This document shows positions 58,593 to 64,000 of a DNA stretch of 64,000 bases, piece after piece (position 1 is the first letter of the stretch; the number at the start of each line of letters is the position of its first letter). The stretch lies in assembly GCA_040752575.1 (NCBI GenBank), contig JBFMGK010000067.1, positions 1,931 through 65,930 of the forward strand, given 5' to 3'. This DNA comes from Candidatus Bipolaricaulota bacterium. Lineage in GTDB: Bacteria > Bipolaricaulota > Bipolaricaulia > UBA7950 > UBA9294. The position numbers and the translations under genes are program-made. The notes beneath the pieces were generated by a model, which was not told the origin of the DNA, made no database searches, and worked only from the letters and a program-made list of their open reading frames with translations.

Positions 58593-59963
58593 GTGCAGGC
58601 TGAGCTCGCCATACGCGGGGGCACCGTCGTCACGCCGTGGGCGGCGTTCACGTCGGACGTCGCGATCGAAGGTGGACGTATTGCGGCCGTCGGAGACCAC
58701 CAGCGAGGGCGGCGCGAGATCGACGCCACGGGGATGCTCGTCCTGCCGGGAGCGATCGACGCGCACACACACATGGCCGCCCCCGTGGCCGGTCAACGCT
58801 CAAGCGACGACTTCCTTTCGGGATCGCGTGCCGCGGCGAGCGGCGGCGTCACGACAATCATCGACTTCACGGCAGGCTCTCCCGAACGTTCGATTCCCGA
58901 GGCGATCGAGGCGCGCGAACGCGATGCCGCACCCTGTATTGTTGACTACGCTTTGCACGGAGAGGTCGTGGGATGGACGCCCGGTCGCGAAAGCGAGTTC
59001 GGGGACGCGGTCGAGCTCGGGGTGGCGAGCTTCAAGTTCTACACAACGTATGAGTCGTCTGGGTTGAGGACGCCGCCGGACATCATGGCGCCTGCCTTCC
59101 GTGAGCTGGCGTTTCTTGGCGCGATCGCCCTCGTGCACGCCGAAGACGAGGGGCTTCTGCGCTCCATGGCCGCCCGGCTGAACGAAGCGGACCGCGGCCG
59201 CATGGCGACGCTGGCCGAGGCTCGCCCGGATCTGGCCGAAGCCGCCGCCATTTCTCAGGTCGGACGTCTGGCCCGCGACGCAGGCTGTCGACTCCACATC
59301 GTCCATGTGAGCTCGGCAGCAGGCCTCAGCGCCGTTCGCGCCGCGCGCGCTGCAGGCGGCCGGCTCACGGCCGAGACGTGCCCGCAGTATCTCCTGCTCA
59401 CGCGCGATGTGTACGACCTGCCCGACGGACACCTCTTCGCCGTCATGCCGCCGCTGCGACGCGCGGAGGACCGTCGCACTCTCTGGTCCGGACTCGCGCG
59501 GCGCGACCTGGACTTCGTGGCCACGGATCACTGCCCGTTCACCCGCGCGCAGAAGGCGTGGAGAGGAGCGTTCGACCTCGTAGCCTACGGCCTTCCGGGA
59601 GTCGAGACGCTTCTGCCTCTCCTGTTCTCGGAGGGTGTCGCCAAGGGACGTCTCGCCTTGCCCGACGTCGTACGTCTTCTTGCCGAGGGACCGGCGAGAA
59701 CCTACGGCCTCTACCCCGCGAAGGGGAGCCTCGAGGTGGGCGCCGATGCCGATGTCGTGTTGTTCGATCCGGCTGCCGCGTGGACGATCCGGGCGAGCGA
59801 TCTCCATATGGAAACCGACTTCTCGCCGTATGAGGGCTTCGGAGTCACGGGCCGTGTCGTCCGAACCCTCTCGAGAGGCGAAGAGATCTTCCGGGACGGC
59901 GAGATCGTCGCCTCCGCCGGGCGGGGCCACCGTGTGCACACGAAGCCCCTCGAGGTTTTGTGA
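58593..59963 (+). CDS. D-hydantoinase / dihydropyrimidinase-family cyclic amidohydrolase
   Basis: GTG start with GGGAAGGGAA upstream. Metal ligands IDAHTH. Carbamylated-lysine context SFKFYTTY, plus VHAED, HIVHVSS and ATDHCPF. The ORF-track N-terminal extension is rejected. Confidence 0.85.
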   Translation: MQAELAIRGGTVVTPWAAFTSDVAIEGGRIAAVGDHQRGRREIDATGMLVLPGAIDAHTHMAAPVAGQRSSDDFLSGSRAAASGGVTTIIDFTAGSPERSIPEAIEARERDAAPCIVDYALHGEVVGWTPGRESEFGDAVELGVASFKFYTTYESSGLRTPPDIMAPAFRELAFLGAIALVHAEDEGLLRSMAARLNEADRGRMATLAEARPDLAEAAAISQVGRLARDAGCRLHIVHVSSAAGLSAVRAARAAGGRLTAETCPQYLLLTRDVYDLPDGHLFAVMPPLRRAEDRRTLWSGLARRDLDFVATDHCPFTRAQKAWRGAFDLVAYGLPGVETLLPLLFSEGVAKGRLALPDVVRLLAEGPARTYGLYPAKGSLEVGADADVVLFDPAAAWTIRASDLHMETDFSPYEGFGVTGRVVRTLSRGEEIFRDGEIVASAGRGHRVHTKPLEVL

Positions 59964-60018
59964 CGCCCCGGAACCGACGGACGGCTGAGGCCCCGGGATC
60001 CGGGGGCGAGGAGGAAGC

Positions 60019-60727
60019 GGTGCGCTTTCAGAGAGTCCAGCCGAGGAAGGTTTCGGCTATCGCCGCGGAGCAGATCCTCGCCGCGATCGAGCGCGGCGAT
60101 TACCCCGTTGGCAGCCGCCTACCCTCGGAGTTCGATCTGGCGCTCCAGATGGGCGTGAGTCGCCCGTCGATCCGCGAGGCGCTCTCCGCCCTCCAAGCCA
60201 TGGGCGTTGTCGAATCGAAGCCGGGAAGCGGGAACTACATCCTGCGCACCGCTTCGACGGCCGACCAGTTCCATGCCGTCGGACTGATGGAGAGCGAAGC
60301 CAGTTGTCTCGAGGTGATGGACGCCCGGGGCGCGCTCGAACCGGCCGTGGCGGCCCTCGCAGCGCAGAAGGCCGACGAGTCCGCCGTTGTACGGCTTAGG
60401 GAAGCCATTGAACGCATGCGGCAACTCGCGGCAGCGAACGACTTTGAGGCGTACTTCGAGGCAGATCGAGCTTTCCACGAGGAGCTGTCCGCCGGTTCGG
60501 GGAATCCGCTCATCGCATCGGCGCTCGCTCCCCTGATCGCGACGATGGGACAGACCGTCTACCGGAAGTTCACGAGGCACTACTACCTCAAGAATGTGAG
60601 CGATCTCCAGCACGTGGTCGACCTCCATCAGGAGATCCTCGATGCCGTGGAGAAAGCTGACGCCGAAACCGCGCGGGCGAAGATGGAGGAACACTGGGCG
60701 CGCATGCGCGAGATCTGGGAAGCGTAG
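60019..60727 (+). CDS. GntR-family (FadR/FCD subfamily) transcriptional regulator
   Basis: N-terminal winged HTH (LPSEFDLALQMGVSRPSIREAL) and C-terminal all-helical FCD domain. The start is either the GTG at 60019 after GAGGAGGAAG, or the GTG at 59960 overlapping the hydantoinase stop. Confidence 0.8.
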
Positions 60728-60735
60728 TGGAGAGG

Positions 60736-60817
60736 CGGCAGCCCCTGTGCCTGCCGCAGATCGAGAGAGGATGGGGCGGCAGTCCCTGTGCCTGCCGCAG
60801 ATCGAGAGAAAGGATGA
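60736..60817 (+). repeat. tandem direct repeat (2 × ~40 bp) with internal palindrome upstream of arcC
   Basis: GCGGCAG[C/T]CCCTGTGCCTGCCGCAGATCGAGAGA(G/AA)GGATG(G/A) occurs twice, head to tail. Each copy contains the inverted repeat CGGCAG-N9-CTGCCG and a GAGAGRGG-ATG translation-initiation-like segment. Confidence 0.7.
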
Positions 60818-60821
60818 TGGG

Positions 60822-61775
60822 ATGGCGAGCGAGAAGCAGCTGGTCGTCGTTGCCCTGGGCGGGAATGCCATTCTCCAGCCCGGGCAGCGCGGAACCTTCG
60901 AAGAGCAGATGAAGAACGTCCACCTGACTTGCGAGCAGTTGGCGCACATGGTGGAGTCCGGACGTTACCGAGTCGTGGTGACCCACGGCAACGGGCCGCA
61001 GGTGGGCAACATCCTGCTGCAGAACGAGGTCGGCAAGGAGGTCGCCGCGCCGATGCCGCTGTTTGTCTGCGGAGCCGAGAGCCAGGGGCTTATCGGGTTC
61101 ATGATCCAGCAGAACCTGAGCAACCTTCTTGCCGCCAAAGGGCGCGCGGACATCCCGGTAGCCACCCTGGTAACCCAGGTTGTCGTCGACGCAGACGACG
61201 AAGCCTTCCGTCACCCGACCAAGCCCGTGGGGCCGTTCTACACAGCCGAAGAAGCGAAGCGATTGAGCGAAGAGAAAGGTTACGACGTCAAGGAGGACGC
61301 GGGTCGCGGCTGGCGTCGGGTCGTTGCGTCTCCAGATCCGAAGGAGATCTTCGAGAAGGAGGCCATCCGGCAACTCATTGCCGCTCGCGCGATCGTCATT
61401 GCCTCGGGAGGAGGCGGGATCCCCGTCGTCCGCGAGGACGGGCAATTGCGGGGCGTCGACGCGGTCATCGACAAGGACCTTGCGGGCGAACGGCTTGCCG
61501 CGGATGTCGGCGCATCCATTTTCATGATCCTGACCGACGTCGAGCAGGCGAAGCTCCACCACCGCACGCCGCAGGAGAAGGCGCTCAGCCGCCTCACCGT
61601 GCGCGAGGCGAGTCAGTACCTCGCCGAGGGGCACTTTGCCAAGGGGTCCATGGAGCCGAAGGTCCGCGCCGCGGTCCGTTTCGTCGAGTCGGGAGGAGAG
61701 AAGGCCATCATCACCTCGCTCGACAAGGCCACCGACGCCTTGGAGGGCAAGGCGGGCACGACCATCACACGATAG
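60822..61775 (+). CDS. arcC: carbamate kinase
   Basis: MASEKQLVVVALGGNAI (carbamate-kinase N-terminus). AAK-fold motifs VVTHGNGPQVG and IASGGGGIPV. 317 aa from this start. An in-frame ATG 51 nt upstream lies inside the first repeat copy. Confidence 0.85.
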   Translation: MASEKQLVVVALGGNAILQPGQRGTFEEQMKNVHLTCEQLAHMVESGRYRVVVTHGNGPQVGNILLQNEVGKEVAAPMPLFVCGAESQGLIGFMIQQNLSNLLAAKGRADIPVATLVTQVVVDADDEAFRHPTKPVGPFYTAEEAKRLSEEKGYDVKEDAGRGWRRVVASPDPKEIFEKEAIRQLIAARAIVIASGGGGIPVVREDGQLRGVDAVIDKDLAGERLAADVGASIFMILTDVEQAKLHHRTPQEKALSRLTVREASQYLAEGHFAKGSMEPKVRAAVRFVESGGEKAIITSLDKATDALEGKAGTTITR

Positions 61776-61806
61776 GCAACCCACGTAACGAAAGAAGGAG
61801 AGTTCT

Positions 61807-62844
61807 ATGTCCAACACCACTCTGAGAGGGCGAGACTTCATCACCTGGCTCGAATTCACGCGCGACGAACTCGAGGCCATGCTGGATACCGCCCACGACC
61901 TGAAGCGGAAGTTCATCCGCCGCGAGCCTCACAAGGTTCTCGACGGCCAGACGCTCCACATGCTCTTCTACAACACGTCCCTGCGGACGCGCAACTCGTT
62001 TGAGGCGGCCATGACGCAGCTCGGCGGGCACGCCCACTTCCTCCAGTCCGACGCCGTCTACACGCCGGCGCTGAAGGGAGACGAGAAGGCCTACAAGACC
62101 GAGCGGATCAGCGACGTTGCCCGCGTATTGGCGGAGATGGGAGATGCCATTGCCATCCGCATCTACGGGAAGTACACCGACTGGAAGTACGGCAAGGGCA
62201 ACCAGATGATCCGCGAGTTCGCGCGCTGGTCAAAGGTCCCGGTGATCAATATGGAAGACGACATGTTCCATCCGTGCCAGGACCTTGCCGACGTCATGAC
62301 CATGCAGGAGAAGCTCGGCCACGACCTCCAGGGCAAGAAGTTCGTGATGAGCTGGGCGTATTCTGGTTCGGTGGAGAAGCCGCTCGCCGTGCCGCAGAGC
62401 TGCATCGTCGCCGCGGCGACCATGGGCATGGACGTTACGCTCGCGCACCCGAAGGGCTTCGATCTTGATCCCAAGGTTGTGCAAGCCACGAAGGATCTTG
62501 CCAAGAAGCACGGCGGCGGATTCAGGATCCTGAACGACATGGAGGAGGCCTTCAAGGGCGCCCACGTCGTGTACCCGAAGGCGTGGACGGTGCAGCCGAC
62601 CGACGGCAAGACGCCGATGGACGCGGAGAAGGCGAAGGCGCTCTTCGAAGCCAACAAACACTGGATCACGACGCAGGAGAAGATGAAGCTCACGAACGAC
62701 GCGATCTACATGCATTGTCTGCCTGCGGACCGAGACATGGAGGTGACCGACGAGGTCATCGACGGCCCCAACTCGGTGATCATCGAGCAGGCAGCCAATC
62801 GGCTGCACGGCCAGAAGGGTATGATGGCCTGCATCATGGCCTAG
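61807..62844 (+). CDS. YgeW-like divergent carbamoyltransferase (aspartate/ornithine carbamoyltransferase superfamily)
   Basis: Carbamoyl-phosphate motifs SLRTR (STRTR-like), HPCQ and HCLP. The second-substrate loop is MSWAYSG rather than OTC SMG. 345 aa. Confidence 0.8.
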   Translation: MSNTTLRGRDFITWLEFTRDELEAMLDTAHDLKRKFIRREPHKVLDGQTLHMLFYNTSLRTRNSFEAAMTQLGGHAHFLQSDAVYTPALKGDEKAYKTERISDVARVLAEMGDAIAIRIYGKYTDWKYGKGNQMIREFARWSKVPVINMEDDMFHPCQDLADVMTMQEKLGHDLQGKKFVMSWAYSGSVEKPLAVPQSCIVAAATMGMDVTLAHPKGFDLDPKVVQATKDLAKKHGGGFRILNDMEEAFKGAHVVYPKAWTVQPTDGKTPMDAEKAKALFEANKHWITTQEKMKLTNDAIYMHCLPADRDMEVTDEVIDGPNSVIIEQAANRLHGQKGMMACIMA

Positions 62845-62916
62845 GCGGGGGAAGGGGCTGCAGAGGGTCGGACGTTGCCGGATCCTCTGCGGCCCCCAGG
62901 TCCGAAGGGAGGTCAC

Positions 62917-63942
62917 ATGAGTTGGTTCGATCTCGCAGGGCGAGACCTGATCGGGGAGACGGACTGGACTCGCGAGGAGTACAACATCGCGATGAAGGTC
63001 ACCGATCAGCTCAAAGGGGCTTACTACAGCAGGCTTCCTCACCCAACCCTGCAGTACAAGACGTTTGCCATGTTGTTCTTCGCGGGCTCGACGCGAACGC
63101 GGATGTCGTTCGAGACGGCGATGACCCAACTCGGAGGGCACGCCCAGTTCATCGACCCGAAGACCATGCGCCTCTCGCTCGAGGACAAGCCGGGCGCCGG
63201 CGAGACCGTCAAGGACACGGCGGAAGCCATGGAACGCTACTGCGACGGCGTCGGCATTCGGCTCCTCGACGACGCCATCCAGCGATACGGCGAGGCGGAC
63301 GAGGTGATGCAGAAGTTCGCAAAACACTGCCGCGTGCCGATCATCAACATGGCGTCCGACATCTACCACCCGTGCCAATCGCTGACCGACATCTACACGA
63401 TGCACGAGAAGCTTGACGCGGACGTGAAGGGGAAGAAGATCGTGATCATGTGGGCCTGGTCGCCATGGATCCGCGGCTGGTGCTCGGTGCAGGGCACGGC
63501 GCTGATCTCGTCGATGTACGGGATGGACGTCGTCGTGGCGAACCCGCCCGAGTACGACCTCGACCCGAAGATCATGAAGGAGTGCCGCGATCTGGCTACG
63601 GCATCGGGCGGCTCGTTCGAGATCTCGCACGACCTGGACAAGGCGCTTGACGGCGCGACGGTCGTCTTCCCGCGCAACTGGTTCACCAAGGACCGCTACG
63701 CACTGGGAAAGGACAAAGAGGCGGAGATCGCGAAGAAGTACGCGAACTGGAAGTACTCGAGCGAGCGACAGAAGAAACTCGGGGCCCCAGGCTATCTCCT
63801 GCAGTGCATGCCCGTGGATCGCGGCAACGAGGCCGACGCCGAGGTCTGCGACAATCGCCTCTCGTGGATCCTCGATCAGGCGGAGAATCGCCTTCACACG
63901 CAGAAGGCCATTCTTACGCTGACGATGGGAGGACGTCTGTAG
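62917..63942 (+). CDS. YgeW-like divergent carbamoyltransferase, paralog 2
   Basis: Start at MSWFDLAGRDL with GGGAGG upstream. STRTR, HPCQ and a QCMP (HCLP-position) motif. Second-substrate loop IMWAWSPW. 341 aa, alignable with the preceding gene. Confidence 0.8.
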   Translation: MSWFDLAGRDLIGETDWTREEYNIAMKVTDQLKGAYYSRLPHPTLQYKTFAMLFFAGSTRTRMSFETAMTQLGGHAQFIDPKTMRLSLEDKPGAGETVKDTAEAMERYCDGVGIRLLDDAIQRYGEADEVMQKFAKHCRVPIINMASDIYHPCQSLTDIYTMHEKLDADVKGKKIVIMWAWSPWIRGWCSVQGTALISSMYGMDVVVANPPEYDLDPKIMKECRDLATASGGSFEISHDLDKALDGATVVFPRNWFTKDRYALGKDKEAEIAKKYANWKYSSERQKKLGAPGYLLQCMPVDRGNEADAEVCDNRLSWILDQAENRLHTQKAILTLTMGGRL

Positions 63943-64000
63943 TGGCGGGGGGCGGCTTGACGAATCTCGGCGCGGCGATCCCTAGGCCGGACGCCGTCGA

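Noticed and set aside
60725-60734. Third occurrence of TAGTGGAGAG (10-mer from the Opp promoter box) just after the GntR stop
   Set aside because: Only 10 of the ~27 conserved positions match and there is no adjacent TATAAT. A single 10-mer match in 64 kb on two strands is near chance expectation.
60736-60817. Tandem repeat considered as a CRISPR array
   Set aside because: There are only two copies, they are directly abutting with no spacers, and there are no cas genes. They sit in a promoter/RBS region.

Overview
This 64 kb window comes from a high-GC bacterial chromosome. GC is roughly 65–70% by eye. Genes are densely packed, mostly on the minus strand, with Shine-Dalgarno sites (GGAGG-like) upstream of most starts. 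ATGA/GTGA start-stop overlaps are common. The ORF track counts TTG, GTG and CTG as starts, and the high GC produces many long spurious antisense ORFs. No rRNA, tRNA, CRISPR or mobile-element genes were recognised. A SpoVS homolog in a high-GC genome with strong SD usage suggests Chloroflexota/Thermomicrobia or Deinococcota-like ancestry, but the lineage is not resolved.

Gene content, left to right:
1. 113–5057 (minus): a MoxR AAA+ ATPase follows three uncharacterised membrane proteins.
2. 5079–19829 (minus): two tandem, paralogous oligopeptide-type ABC transporter operons (substrate-binding protein, OppB, OppC, OppD, OppF). They share a conserved promoter/leader motif. One operon carries an extra small secreted-protein gene at its head.
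3. 20176–25733 (plus): housekeeping genes spoVS, argS, ftsY and ppdK.
4. 25811–42077 (minus): a long TetR-headed lipid/acyl-CoA metabolic operon. It contains a thiolase–DUF35–KAS-III-like trio, FabG, two SDRs, an enoyl-CoA hydratase, two alpha/beta hydrolases, a Liv-type ABC transporter, an FMN reductase and an acyl-CoA ligase.
5. 42251–46812 (plus): a pantothenate/CoA block (coaBC, a DUF2520 oxidoreductase, panB, panC, coaX).
6. 46874–54358: a secreted VIT-VWA protein, a PKD-domain lipoprotein, and a four-gene UDP-2,3-diacetamido-sugar pathway (WbpA/B/D/E-like).
7. 54559–55860 (minus): rmuC.
8. 55947–63942: the most unusual locus. A TrpB-fold PLP enzyme is co-transcribed with an NTPase–PNPOx fusion. 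Divergent from them lie a D-hydantoinase/dihydropyrimidinase, a GntR regulator, a carbamate kinase and two tandem divergent YgeW-like carbamoyltransferases. This looks like an uncharacterised ATP-yielding ureide/hydantoin catabolic module that generates carbamoyl phosphate.

A tandem 40-bp repeat with palindromic cores lies in front of arcC. Several hairpin terminator and operator candidates are noted.
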